Shown here: one piece after another, positions 54,453-63,455 of the stretch | Layout of the letters: each line of letters starts with the position of its first letter | Position numbering within the stretch: the stretch's first letter is position 1 | DNA from: a virus | DNA: 64,000 nt | Reading direction: 5' to 3' (one strand) | IMG/VR virus record: IMGVR_UViG_3300049617_000275 | Span: 1-64,000 of that record | Position numbers and translations under genes: made by a program | The notes under the pieces: model-generated | What the model saw: the letters and a program-made list of their open reading frames with translations, nothing else | Databases searched by the model: none | Told to the model about the DNA's origin: nothing

Positions 54453-54580
54453 ATATTTCCTCCAAGAAAAGGTATAGATACAGAATACTTACTTCTCTTC
54501 TTTGTACAAGTAAAATGTATCTCATGAAACTCAAAACCCCTGCCGGAGCAAGGGTTTCAAGCGTTAAGAACCGGAGGAAA

Positions 54581-55084
54581 CTAAGATATAGAGGCGTCCG
54601 GAAATTTTGTATTTCTGCCGAAAACCGATACAGGTTCTTCCCTTTTGATCTTGCCTGTAAGATATGCAGTAAATACCTCCGCGGCGTCTTGAGGGTTAAG
54701 ATCCCCTCCTACACGCCCTGCTTGGTCCACAAGAGTTATGTGGTTTGCAGAGCGGAAATTATCTACTTTTATAGTTAGATACGAGAACACGTCGGAGGCA
54801 ACAGCATCCTCCAAAACAGAGGCCAGCGCAGTATTGCGGTTCTTTGTAAGCTTCCTGTTGGCCTGCTTCAGCTCTCTCTGTTTGTTCTGGAGATCGCGTT
54901 GCTGATGCCCCAACTCTTTTACCTTCCTTCGGGCGGATGTCAACCTAGGAATTATGGATCTGTGAGCAAGGACAAGATCCAGGAGTTCGTCTTGAATATC
55001 TGCAAGCTCCTTCGGGTGGTCGAAGTCTGAAAGACGGAGAATGAGATCGGTTAGCTGTTCTTCGGTAAATCTACGGGTAGGCAT
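54581..55084 (-). CDS. hypothetical protein (167 aa) with a coiled-coil centre
   Basis: KVKELGHQQRDLQNKQRELKQANRKL is present. Confidence 0.55.
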   Translation of the reverse strand: MPTRRFTEEQLTDLILRLSDFDHPKELADIQDELLDLVLAHRSIIPRLTSARRKVKELGHQQRDLQNKQRELKQANRKLTKNRNTALASVLEDAVASDVFSYLTIKVDNFRSANHITLVDQAGRVGGDLNPQDAAEVFTAYLTGKIKREEPVSVFGRNTKFPDASIS

Positions 55085-55341
55085 ATGTTTTCTTTCCTCG
55101 GTTTGCGTATTGTTGTTCGGTCTATATTTCTGTAGCGGTCACTCCATTCAGGAGCTTGCCATGGTTTATCTCTATCTGCGTGCTTACGCTGATTCTCGTT
55201 GCGGTGGTATTTGCAGTAGGAACAGCTTATCCTCCCTTTGTTCGCAAGTTTAAATTTATACAGTTTCTTCCAGGCATAAGAAGAGGAAGTTTCTTCAAAA
55301 TCATGACTCCGCCGGAGTCTGTAGACTTCTTCTCTGTACAC
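55051..55341 (-). CDS. small basic protein (96 aa)
   Basis: ISCSYCKYHRNEN is present. It overlaps the next gene by 34 nt. Confidence 0.45.
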   Translation of the reverse strand: MYREEVYRLRRSHDFEETSSSYAWKKLYKFKLANKGRISCSYCKYHRNENQRKHADRDKPWQAPEWSDRYRNIDRTTIRKPRKENICLPVDLPKNS

Positions 55342-55461
55342 ACTACAGCATACCCCAAAATACTGCCCAAAACATCCCCAAGACTGTATTTGCTGCTCCC
55401 AGCAGCAGCAGCAAGAAAAGCCCGGAGTATATCAGGATATTCTTGTTTCTCTCTTCTTCTG

Positions 55462-55722
55462 TCACGCTCTCTTCCCCTTAGATCTAAGGCACTCGTAGTA
55501 TGTGCCTTTATTTCCTGCGTCCAACCACTCTAAATATTCAAGAGCTTCAGGTACAATCTTTACCTTACTCCCGGCGACAGTGCATCTAGGGAAGTACAGT
55601 TTTGAAGTTCCATACTTGGGATCAAGTGTATTGTAAGCATTATCCGACTCGTGCTCTTTTAAATGTTTATGTATTCGATCCGCGATTTCTGCAAGTTTGG
55701 GTGTCTTTTCTGTCTTTTCCAT
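55462..55722 (-). CDS. hypothetical protein (86 aa)
   Basis: A strong AAGGAAGGAAA Shine-Dalgarno lies before the internal ATG (MEKTEKTPK). Confidence 0.5.
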   Translation of the reverse strand: MEKTEKTPKLAEIADRIHKHLKEHESDNAYNTLDPKYGTSKLYFPRCTVAGSKVKIVPEALEYLEWLDAGNKGTYYECLRSKGKRA

Positions 55723-55799
55723 TTTCCTTCCTTTATACATATTTACAGGCAATTTGTATTTCTGCAACAGAAACACTATACATATTCAGAGGAAATATG

Positions 55800-56096
55800 T
55801 CAAGGATTTTCTCCATATTTCTGCTTGAGACGAACAAGTTCCTTGAGATCTTGAGACACTGCATTTACTTTTTCGCGAAACCAATAATCTTGAGCATCCG
55901 AGATGTTTTGAATGTATTTAGGTAAGAACTCCTCCTCACATCTCCGGAGATATTCAGGATCGGGATTGTATACGGGAGAATGAGGCATAGGGCATTCATT
56001 GCCGCACTGTATCCAATCGTCTCCGGATATGTGCCTGCATTTTATACATACAATTGCCCAGTCTTTTTCCCATACTGTGCGTGTCGCATCCCACAT
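55800..56096 (-). CDS. small Cys-containing protein (98 aa)
   Basis: CIKCRH...CGNEC is present. Confidence 0.5.
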   Translation of the reverse strand: MWDATRTVWEKDWAIVCIKCRHISGDDWIQCGNECPMPHSPVYNPDPEYLRRCEEEFLPKYIQNISDAQDYWFREKVNAVSQDLKELVRLKQKYGENP

Positions 56097-56143
56097 AATT
56101 TCTCCTCGAAATCCCGACAGAATGTCGGCTAAAATGTCGGAAT

Positions 56144-56359
56144 TTAATCAGGATAATCAGGATCAAGGTATTCACAGAGAGTATTCCACTCTAGATCTCT
56201 GAACTCTGCAACAACAGAGTCAAAATCGTGCTCGGAGTAAACAGGATGGTATACCTCCCGGTGTGTGCTCTGTAGGTTTGCTGCGTTCAGAGCAGCAATA
56301 CGGGCAGAAAGCATTGCCGCACGAGCAATCACAAAAGCACCTCTTTGCTCCAGTCTCAT
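56144..56359 (-). CDS. hypothetical protein (71 aa)
   Basis: The frame is protein-like but has no nearby Shine-Dalgarno. It is overlapped by the ORF starting at 56462. Confidence 0.4.
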   Translation of the reverse strand: MRLEQRGAFVIARAAMLSARIAALNAANLQSTHREVYHPVYSEHDFDSVVAEFRDLEWNTLCEYLDPDYPD

Positions 56360-56462
56360 CTCGGATAAAGGGCTTGTTTAACCCCTCCTCGCGGAGGATC
56401 TTACGGAAAAGCTTTCTTAGCTTATCTTTTGTGATCCTGAGTTTCTTGGATTTTTTGCCCAT
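56220..56462 (-). CDS. basic protein starting MGKKSKKLRITK (80 aa as read)
   Basis: A strong GGAGGAG Shine-Dalgarno is present. The C-terminal half looks out-of-frame and overlaps 56144..56359. Confidence 0.4.
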   Translation of the reverse strand: MGKKSKKLRITKDKLRKLFRKILREEGLNKPFIRDETGAKRCFCDCSCGNAFCPYCCSERSKPTEHTPGGIPSCLLRARF

Positions 56463-56522
56463 CTCCTCCAATAAAGGGAATGTTCCTTGCAGTGTAGAGT
56501 ACTCAGGCGCCGGTGTCAATCT

Positions 56523-56654
56523 TTATCCTATTGCTTCAGGAATGGATTTAAGATAGCTTCCTGCCCAACTTACTGCTCCCACAGCTATTCCTCCCGATAA
56601 GAAAGGATTGCTTGCGGCTAAGTGAGAGAATTGGGAAACAATGTCCCAAGACAT
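56523..56654 (-). CDS. small membrane peptide (43 aa) with a Gly-zipper
   Basis: ATG overlaps the previous stop (TAATG). GGIAVGAVSWAG is present. Confidence 0.45.
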   Translation of the reverse strand: MSWDIVSQFSHLAASNPFLSGGIAVGAVSWAGSYLKSIPEAIG

Positions 56655-57031
56655 TAGCGGAAGTCCTCGGACTCGGGCGTGGCTATATATGGAACAGATA
56701 CTTTCTGTAGACCGGATACATACGGACAAAGATCTGTACTTACAAACCCCGCAATCTCACATACAAGTTGAAGTATCTCTACTACCTCATTCATGTTTAC
56801 TCCGGCGGTTGCTGTGTCTACAGTTCCTAAGACCTGCTCCGGCGCGGTGTGGAGCAAAGAAAACTTGTAAAGCTCGGCGGAGATAGAAAGCTGCTTTGTT
56901 CCTCTGTTCGGAAGAGTCTTTGCTTCCAAAATATCCAAAAGATCCAGCAATTCTGTCTTTTGAGGGGAAGAAGAGATCAATTTCCAGATCTCTGCAAGGT
57001 TAGGAAGGTTAGGGAGTTGAAGATTATCCAA
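56654..57031 (-). CDS. hypothetical protein (125 aa)
   Basis: TTG start with an AGAGGA Shine-Dalgarno. Confidence 0.55.
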   Translation of the reverse strand: MDNLQLPNLPNLAEIWKLISSSPQKTELLDLLDILEAKTLPNRGTKQLSISAELYKFSLLHTAPEQVLGTVDTATAGVNMNEVVEILQLVCEIAGFVSTDLCPYVSGLQKVSVPYIATPESEDFR

Positions 57032-57050
57032 TTTATTGTCCTCTTAACAT

Positions 57051-57139
57051 CTGTAGGTTGCACCGCCGCCCGAGTACAGAACTCAATGGCTTCTGCAAGG
57101 TTCAAAGAATTTACACTCCTTTAGGACCAAAATAGATCA
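57051..57139 (-). repeat. 89-nt copy of an internal segment of gene 62832..63455, with a 165-bp deletion
   Basis: 57051-57122 is identical to 63122-63193, and 57114-57139 is identical to 63352-63377. The junction lies at the 7-nt microhomology ACTCCTT. Confidence 0.85.
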
Positions 57140-57333
57140 TTCTCTACCCTCTCGTCCTCTGTTGTAAAACTCAAGCTTTCCATTTCGAAAGCTTCCAAGA
57201 ATGCTTGGTCATACATCTTCATTATATGAGTTTCTCCTCCTTCATTTTCTATTTCGAGAATATTCTTGATGTCTTCGGCCAGCTCTCTAGGGTCGTGGAC
57301 ATGAACTCCATATATTCCGTGAGATATGGACAA
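57121..57333 (-). CDS. small acidic protein (70 aa)
   Basis: The last codons (DLFWS) are supplied by the duplicated fragment. Confidence 0.45.
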   Translation of the reverse strand: MSISHGIYGVHVHDPRELAEDIKNILEIENEGGETHIMKMYDQAFLEAFEMESLSFTTEDERVENDLFWS

Positions 57334-57414
57334 TTCTCGAAAGCGATAACGAGTGTAGGTAAGTCTATTTCTATATGCAAATGAGTGTCTGTCAGTTTGA
57401 TTTCTAATCCCATT

Positions 57415-57729
57415 TTATTTCTTCTGTACCACCTGTTCTGTACGGTAATGGGAGTAACGGAGTTCTATACGGAAAGGTTTCTCCGCCGATGCGTATCGCG
57501 TTGTTTCCCGGACATCTTCTGCATAGGAAGAGAGGAAATCTCCGTCTTTGTGCAGGTAGGAATTCACAATGTCGAAGGTGTCCTCGGAATACTCCGGGTC
57601 GTCTTCTGGCAGAGCATATCCTACAAGCCTCAGATTGTCCAGTGCAATTACATACTTCTTGAGCACCGGCGGTCTCTTCTTTTCTGTGTCCTCCGGAGAA
57701 GAGGAGAAAGTAATGTTGTCTTCTGTCAA
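57415..57729 (-). CDS. hypothetical protein (104 aa)
   Basis: It overlaps the previous gene by 4 nt. Confidence 0.5.
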   Translation of the reverse strand: MTEDNITFSSSPEDTEKKRPPVLKKYVIALDNLRLVGYALPEDDPEYSEDTFDIVNSYLHKDGDFLSSYAEDVRETTRYASAEKPFRIELRYSHYRTEQVVQKK

Positions 57730-58250
57730 TTTAATACTCCTAGCAATTCAAGTACTTTATCCACTACTGTGTCTCCGGCCGGAACCTTTTCGAACGGGAG
57801 CTCGAGATCCTCTAATAATTCCCAAATTCTGTAATCTAACTTCCTGGCTTCTCCCTCGGTTTGGTTTCTCCCTATGGGATCGTACTCGTAATCGTTATTT
57901 CGCCTAATAAATATATTTATAGCGTCGTAAGAATTCCACATTTCCATAACCAAAGGCTTAAAAGACGAAAAATATTCTGGTTGAGAATATATAAGCCCAA
58001 AGGGAAGAGCGGTATCTGTTACAAGGTATTCGACTCCGTGTCCTTCATGCCTACAGTAAATCCGATTCTGTTTTGCAAGGATATAGACCTGATCTGCAAG
58101 AGCCTCAAATCTTTTATCGAAAGTTAGTTGTTTGGCATACTCCGGACAATATTCCGTTCGCTTTCCCAGTTTTTTGAGAGTTGCCGCAAGATCCAATGCA
58201 GCAGTAGACTTACCTACTCCCGGCCCCCCCCAAAAAGATATTATCTTCAA
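57726..58250 (-). CDS. P-loop NTPase/kinase-like protein (174 aa)
   Basis: TTG start with a GGAAGAGGAGAG Shine-Dalgarno. The Walker A GGPGVGKST lies at residues 8-16. The EYAK...LVTDT layout resembles small nucleotide/nucleoside kinases. Confidence 0.6.
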   Translation of the reverse strand: MKIISFWGGPGVGKSTAALDLAATLKKLGKRTEYCPEYAKQLTFDKRFEALADQVYILAKQNRIYCRHEGHGVEYLVTDTALPFGLIYSQPEYFSSFKPLVMEMWNSYDAINIFIRRNNDYEYDPIGRNQTEGEARKLDYRIWELLEDLELPFEKVPAGDTVVDKVLELLGVLN

Positions 58251-58252
58251 AT

Positions 58253-58684
58253 CTATCTCTCCTCTTCCTTTATAGCAGGCATACGGGTTACGCTTATGAA
58301 GATATCTTCTTCTCCGGGCATCTCTGCAAGTTTCTCCGAAATTATCTTTCCGATTGTGCAGGAGCACTTCTCTTGAAGAACCTCCGCCGGGAGTTTCCCT
58401 TCTCTTCCTGTCTGCTCCCAAGCCTCTGTCAGAGTCTGCGGAAGTCTTTCTGTGCCTTCTTCTGATCTCTGCGCCAACTCGGATATCATTGCCGGAAACC
58501 ATCCTACTACCATCATGAGGAATACGAACCCCCGAGCCCAGGGGGTGTTAAGGACCCCCGCCGCTTCGAAAGGAACATCCTCGGGATGGGCGGAGAGATA
58601 TTTCCAAAGCATGGCGGCAAAAGTAATTCCCATGGATATATAAGTCACAGCAAAGGTTGTAAGTACAAGATTCAGGTATTCCAC
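58253..58684 (-). CDS. membrane protein (143 aa, two TM helices)
   Basis: LVLTTFAVTYISMGITFAAML and FVFLMMVVGWFPAMI are present. Confidence 0.55.
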   Translation of the reverse strand: MEYLNLVLTTFAVTYISMGITFAAMLWKYLSAHPEDVPFEAAGVLNTPWARGFVFLMMVVGWFPAMISELAQRSEEGTERLPQTLTEAWEQTGREGKLPAEVLQEKCSCTIGKIISEKLAEMPGEEDIFISVTRMPAIKEEER

Positions 58685-58685
58685 T

Positions 58686-58910
58686 TTAGCCTACCTCTTC
58701 CAAACTATCTGTACATTCTTCTCCTCCGCCACATCCCAGTTCACAACAGCAGGAGGAAAAAGCTCCTTCCCCAATAGGGGTCCACCCTCCTGCGAGACTA
58801 TCGAACAGCTTATCCGCATAGATCTCCAACTTCAGGAGAGAATCTTCGTCCAGAGCAGCAACGGTGGCTACTATACTCCCTACAATCTCGTTTCGAGTCT
58901 TTTCGTCCAT
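58686..58910 (-). CDS. small acidic protein (74 aa) with a Cys-rich C-terminus
   Basis: It ends ...SSCCCELGCGGGEECTDSLEEVG. Confidence 0.5.
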   Translation of the reverse strand: MDEKTRNEIVGSIVATVAALDEDSLLKLEIYADKLFDSLAGGWTPIGEGAFSSCCCELGCGGGEECTDSLEEVG

Positions 58911-58916
58911 TTCCTT

Positions 58917-59202
58917 TTAATTCTCCTTGGTTCTTTCGGGCTGAGTACTTATGTGGTAACCTACACAGAAACTACATTTGTATATACGGGCTCCGGGGCG
59001 GAGGTATCCTTTCTTTCTCCCCCGCTCGATCTCTTCTGCGGCATTCTTTTCAAACCGGAAGAACTTCTTCGAAGTACAGGATTTGTACTCCCAATGCCCT
59101 TCTTCCGGAAGAAACTTCTCAATAAGGAAAGAAACTCCTTTGTCCAGAGGTTTGGCGGAGTGAGGGATCTTTCCGTAAATACTACTACTTCCTTTTTGCA
59201 TT
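58917..59202 (-). CDS. small basic protein (94 aa) with a C..C..H motif
   Basis: The internal ATG (MQKGSSS) overlaps the end of the glycosyltransferase gene. YKCSFCVGYH is present. Confidence 0.45.
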
Positions 59203-60159
59203 TTTCCTCTCCTTTCGGGAAACTTTTGGTCTGCGTCTGGGTTTATGTACAAAGAAATCCTGTATCTTCTCTGGCGTCCAACTTGCAAAGTCTCTTAGAG
59301 GAATGCACAGTTCTTTGTCCAAGAAGTCGTGGTCTACATACAGAGACTCCGGCTGACCGTTCCAAATCTTCAAAAACTCTTGATCGTGCATCTTTGTGTT
59401 CTCTCCGAACACCCTATCTAGATTCAACTCCCCGCCGGGGTAGGATTGATAGTTGATCTCCGAGTCTTTTATATATTCCAGACTCTTCTTCAAAGTTGGG
59501 AAGTGCTTGGGATCATACCCTTGAACTCTCAAAGCCCGCCGGGAGAGATCCGAATGCTCCCCTCCGTAGAAGTAGGGAAACTTCTTCATATATCCGATTT
59601 TTTGGAGCAGTTTACGGGAGAACCACATCATCTGCCCTATGCAGCCGGGATGCCAACGCAAATCTTTGCTCTCAGCTTGAAAAGGGAAAGAGATTTGAAG
59701 TCCTTCTCCTATGTATCCTAGGATATGCTCCTGTTCCTCTCTCCGGCCGACATCCGCGAGATACGAAAGTAACCCTCTCTTTATGAACTCTACATCGTTA
59801 TCCATGAGAAGCAGGAAGTCAGCATCCGATTTCTTTAGGAAGTAGGATATTACTCTATTCTTGTTTGCCCAAATCCCGTTTGTATTTCCTGTAAGATAGG
59901 CTCCAGAGACAATATTTGTCTTTACCGTATCCCAAGCATCTCCCGGGGAGTCATCAGCTATTACCACATCCCAATCATGGCCTAATTCTGGACCTAAACA
60001 AACTCCCCCTTCTCCTAAGTTCAGACAGGAACGAAGAAAGCGCAGGAGAACATCGTTTTTCTTGTAGGTGGTAACTCCTATGAGAGTTTTAGGAACTTCA
60101 TTTGACACCGGCGGTCCCTCGTAGTTCCTGGCTTTGCAGATAAATCTTCTCCATCTCAT
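59185..60159 (-). CDS. family-2 (GT-A fold) glycosyltransferase (start uncertain; GTG 60108 is the alternative)
   Basis: LIGVTTYKKND...VVIADDSPGD, LLLMDNDVEF (DxD) and GGEHSDLSRRA are present. Confidence 0.7.
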   Translation of the reverse strand: MRWRRFICKARNYEGPPVSNEVPKTLIGVTTYKKNDVLLRFLRSCLNLGEGGVCLGPELGHDWDVVIADDSPGDAWDTVKTNIVSGAYLTGNTNGIWANKNRVISYFLKKSDADFLLLMDNDVEFIKRGLLSYLADVGRREEQEHILGYIGEGLQISFPFQAESKDLRWHPGCIGQMMWFSRKLLQKIGYMKKFPYFYGGEHSDLSRRALRVQGYDPKHFPTLKKSLEYIKDSEINYQSYPGGELNLDRVFGENTKMHDQEFLKIWNGQPESLYVDHDFLDKELCIPLRDFASWTPEKIQDFFVHKPRRRPKVSRKERKNAKRK

Positions 60160-60225
60160 CGAAGCTCTTTAAATTTACTATCCGTTCAATACCAATATAC
60201 TCCCGGAGGTGTTTGAGATCTGTTA

Positions 60226-60513
60226 TCAAGCGTAGTCCCCCCAATATGGGTAATCCAGGTCTTTCCACTCTTCGTGCTCTTCGAACCAGTCCCATTCAAA
60301 ATTTGTCCACCATGTCTCCGAAAATTCGGGTCCAGGAAGTATGTCTTCGAACTCCTCTCCGGAGGTGTTTACTACTCCGGAGAACTCCGCCGCATAGGCT
60401 CCCGGAGAGGAGTATCTGTATGTAGCAGCAATAAGTTTGCTCTGTGCGTCTTCTAGGTTCGCCCTTGCAAAGAAAGAGTTTCCTCGGGCAAACAGGTCCA
60501 TATACTCGCTCAA
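60226..60513 (-). CDS. acidic Trp-rich protein (95 aa)
   Basis: TTG start with an AGGAGGG Shine-Dalgarno. WWTNFEWDWFEEHEEW is present. Confidence 0.55.
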   Translation of the reverse strand: MSEYMDLFARGNSFFARANLEDAQSKLIAATYRYSSPGAYAAEFSGVVNTSGEEFEDILPGPEFSETWWTNFEWDWFEEHEEWKDLDYPYWGDYA

Positions 60514-60663
60514 TTTATCGCCCTCCTATCATACATCACAGCTATTCCACACATCCCAAACTTCTTTTCCTAGTATCTCCATTGCATCTTCGAAAACACT
60601 ACTTTGTCCTCTACAGGAATATCTCTTAGAGAGCGAAGGTTTCTACAGCTGATTTCCAAATTT

Positions 60664-61242
60664 TTAGGCAATGTGCATCTCCTTGTTCCATGTGTAACGC
60701 CTGCCAGAAAGAATTCCTACAAACTCCTCCGGGCGGCTTCCGGAGGGAAGGTTCCACTTTACTCCAAACTTGACTACGTCCTGAGGGTTGCGTAAGTTCT
60801 CTATCTCTGCTGCAATAAGTTCATTCAGTGTAGCATAGTTTTGGGGAGAAAACACAGCATTTATACTTTCTTCATAAATTGTTTTGCGAAGCAGGAAATC
60901 GGGAAGAAACATATTTTCCCGAAAGACATTATCCATTTTTCCTATTCTCCGCAGATCTCCTATCTTTACAGTAAGGGAGACCCCGGCGCCCTCTATGCGA
61001 ACAAGCTCGTTTTCCGCGATCCACTGCGAAATCCGTAGAGTATCTACAAGAAAGTTAAGAGCATCTGCCGGGCGGAGCCGCCGGAGAGAAGGAAAGATAT
61101 GCTGTCCTCCGGTCTTAGGAAGAGCACAGGGAACAAGTACCTCTTCCTCTAGGTCCCGTAAGGGGTTTGCAAGGGAAAGAACTGTATCTCCGTGTTCTGC
61201 CGGGCAGATGTTATCGTTCTCTTCTGTTCGTAGAATGTACAT
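60664..61242 (-). CDS. hypothetical protein (192 aa)
   Basis: Long ORF in the minus array. Confidence 0.55.
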   Translation of the reverse strand: MYILRTEENDNICPAEHGDTVLSLANPLRDLEEEVLVPCALPKTGGQHIFPSLRRLRPADALNFLVDTLRISQWIAENELVRIEGAGVSLTVKIGDLRRIGKMDNVFRENMFLPDFLLRKTIYEESINAVFSPQNYATLNELIAAEIENLRNPQDVVKFGVKWNLPSGSRPEEFVGILSGRRYTWNKEMHIA

Positions 61243-61549
61243 TTACTCTCCTTTGGCACTTTTTTATGAACTCTGCGGCAATGGGAACAAGCCTTTTGTC
61301 CGTAACGCGAAGTCGTGTTCTCTCCGGACATTCAGGAGTATCAAACTCTCCACCGTAACACTTGCATAACCCCGGACGGTTGTCTTGGAATACATATGCA
61401 AGGACTTTTACAGGCTTTGTTTGAATAAGTTCCAGGTTCCATCCTGTATTTAAAACCATGGACTGATAATATATGAAGATACTTTCCAGGTCTTTGGATT
61501 TGCCGCGGAGTTTATACCTTTTCTGATCCGCGCTTCTTATCGCATACAT
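61211..61549 (-). CDS. hypothetical protein (112 aa)
   Basis: ATG is coupled to a 40-aa upstream mini-ORF (TAAATG). Confidence 0.5.
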   Translation of the reverse strand: MYAIRSADQKRYKLRGKSKDLESIFIYYQSMVLNTGWNLELIQTKPVKVLAYVFQDNRPGLCKCYGGEFDTPECPERTRLRVTDKRLVPIAAEFIKKCQRRVNVHSTNRRER

Positions 61550-61691
61550 TTAAACCGAACCTGGCGGTCCCATTACAAGATCTTTATACTTCTCTAGGAG
61601 AAGGTTATACCGTCTGGCATGTAAATTCCAAGCGTCGAATATTTCCGGAAAAATAAACTTTGCAATCCTCATTCTAAATTTGTATATCAAT

Positions 61692-62243
61692 CTACTCTCC
61701 TTTCAAAACAATCGGCGGGCCGCAATCGGAGCGAAGCTTGCAGGCAGTGTCTACTGCATCGAAAGCAAGATCCCAAAGCTCCTCTTTTGTATGTGCTTTA
61801 CTGTACCCATATTCCAGAACTGCCCTACATATATCTCCTCCGCTCCCGGCTACTACGTAGCGGGAGGACTCTACACAGAATCCGTAGGGATCAGGATAGA
61901 AAAGTCCGGAGTCGGAAACAATGATAACATCGAACTCCGGCGGAGGATCTGCACACACAGAATACATCTTGTCTGCAACGATGGACTGGAAACGGTTAGC
62001 ATCCTCTACCCCCCGCATCTCCAAATACTTTGCTTTTGAGTTCAGAAGCGAGTATACACAGTGCTGGACTGCCATATTCGTTCCCGCATAAAGAGCTGTA
62101 AATCGAGGAAATATACAGTACTTCTTCGAATTTGAAAGCTCGAAGATCTCGTCGCCGGAGCAAATCCGGGAGTCACAAGCCCAAACAGTATATGCACATT
62201 CTTCCCGAGGGAGGTATTTTCTAACTGCACATATCGCTGTCAA
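61692..62243 (-). CDS. HslV/proteasome beta-subunit-like Ntn hydrolase
   Basis: TTG start gives an M-T-A-I-C-A-V N-terminus (Thr1). ACDSRI is the Asp17 equivalent and SKKYCIF the Lys33 equivalent. YAGTNMAV and VVAGSGGDICRAVLEYGY align with the HslV/20S beta motifs. Confidence 0.7.
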   Translation of the reverse strand: MTAICAVRKYLPREECAYTVWACDSRICSGDEIFELSNSKKYCIFPRFTALYAGTNMAVQHCVYSLLNSKAKYLEMRGVEDANRFQSIVADKMYSVCADPPPEFDVIIVSDSGLFYPDPYGFCVESSRYVVAGSGGDICRAVLEYGYSKAHTKEELWDLAFDAVDTACKLRSDCGPPIVLKGE

Positions 62244-62703
62244 GGCTTGTCTCCGGATGCTCTTGGAAAGAGCGGCTGCTTAACAGTGTTCCTGCCATCT
62301 CGTCTATGAGAATCTCTGTCTTCTTCTCCGGCGAGAGAAGTTCGTGGAGTTTAGATTCCAGAGCTTTAAGCCTGTTCTGTTCGTTCTGGCGGTCCAGAAC
62401 TGCGATCTTGGCCCTTAGATCTGTCAGCCAATCCTGCAAAGAGAATCCTCCTATTGTCGGACTCAATCCGAGTTCGTAAGCGGACTGTTGAAAAGCATTT
62501 ACCTCCACCGCCAAAAGAGATAGATCGTTTACCGAACAGCAGGTATGTAGATTTACCGCTCTTCCAGTTGAATCTAGATCCAGAGAGCAGTGGGTAACGG
62601 GAACAAACTTCTCGCTCCGCGCCAGTCCCTTCTTTTTCTCCTCTATCTGTTTCTTGAGTTGAAGAATGCGGGAGTCGTTGTTAGTATTTCTTTTCGTTGC
62701 CAT
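62221..62703 (-). CDS. hypothetical protein (160 aa)
   Basis: Basic N-terminus and a coiled-coil segment. Confidence 0.55.
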   Translation of the reverse strand: MATKRNTNNDSRILQLKKQIEEKKKGLARSEKFVPVTHCSLDLDSTGRAVNLHTCCSVNDLSLLAVEVNAFQQSAYELGLSPTIGGFSLQDWLTDLRAKIAVLDRQNEQNRLKALESKLHELLSPEKKTEILIDEMAGTLLSSRSFQEHPETSLDSDMCS

Positions 62704-62831
62704 TCTGTAAAAATCTCCGTTCTATTGTAAAGTTGAATTGCTCATGTAGTTCCGGAAACAATGGAAAACACTTTTTCTTTCAGCAAAAAGGGAAGGTCCG
62801 GAACAGTTCCAGCGACTCCCATCTCCTGATC

Positions 62832-63455
62832 TTAAAATCCATATCTGGGATCTGCGAAACTCCGTTTTGGGGTCAGTGGGGTAACAAGATCTTTTGCCTT
62901 CACGGACGTGCGGGAGTTGAGTATCTCCGAAAAGTCCTGTATTGAAGAGAACTCCGGCGCCCCCTCTGGGATCAGCGTCAGCTCTGTTCCTTCCCACCCA
63001 TATACAAACTTCCCTTCCAGTCCTTTTCCTTTGATAGAGTTCGTGTGCTGGAGAATGTAAAGGAGGTTAGGTAGGGTTATCTCAAACTCAAAGCCGCGAG
63101 GATCAAAGACACGGGCATAGGCTGTAGGTTGCACCGCCGCCCGAGTACAGAACTCAATGGCTTCTGCAAGGTTCAAAGAATTTACACTCCTTATAGGATA
63201 TGTGCTCATGTCCTGTCGGAAACTCCCCCAGTCGTTGGCGTAGCCTCCTACTTTTTTGTTGAGGACAAATCCTTCTGTAGGAGAGTTATCAAACTCCTGA
63301 GGCTCAATATTCCTGTCTCTCCAACTCTGCCACCCTTTCTCCTTCTTGAGAACTCCTTTAGGACCAAAATAGATCACGTAAGCAAGCTTGCCGGTGTAGG
63401 TTCCGCTTCGGTTTTGAAACCCTACTTTGAGTTTCTCGGGTATGTATACAGGCAT
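62832..63455 (-). CDS. hypothetical protein (207 aa); source of the fragment at 57051-57139
   Basis: ATG overlaps the helicase stop. No motif recognised. Confidence 0.6.
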   Translation of the reverse strand: MPVYIPEKLKVGFQNRSGTYTGKLAYVIYFGPKGVLKKEKGWQSWRDRNIEPQEFDNSPTEGFVLNKKVGGYANDWGSFRQDMSTYPIRSVNSLNLAEAIEFCTRAAVQPTAYARVFDPRGFEFEITLPNLLYILQHTNSIKGKGLEGKFVYGWEGTELTLIPEGAPEFSSIQDFSEILNSRTSVKAKDLVTPLTPKRSFADPRYGF

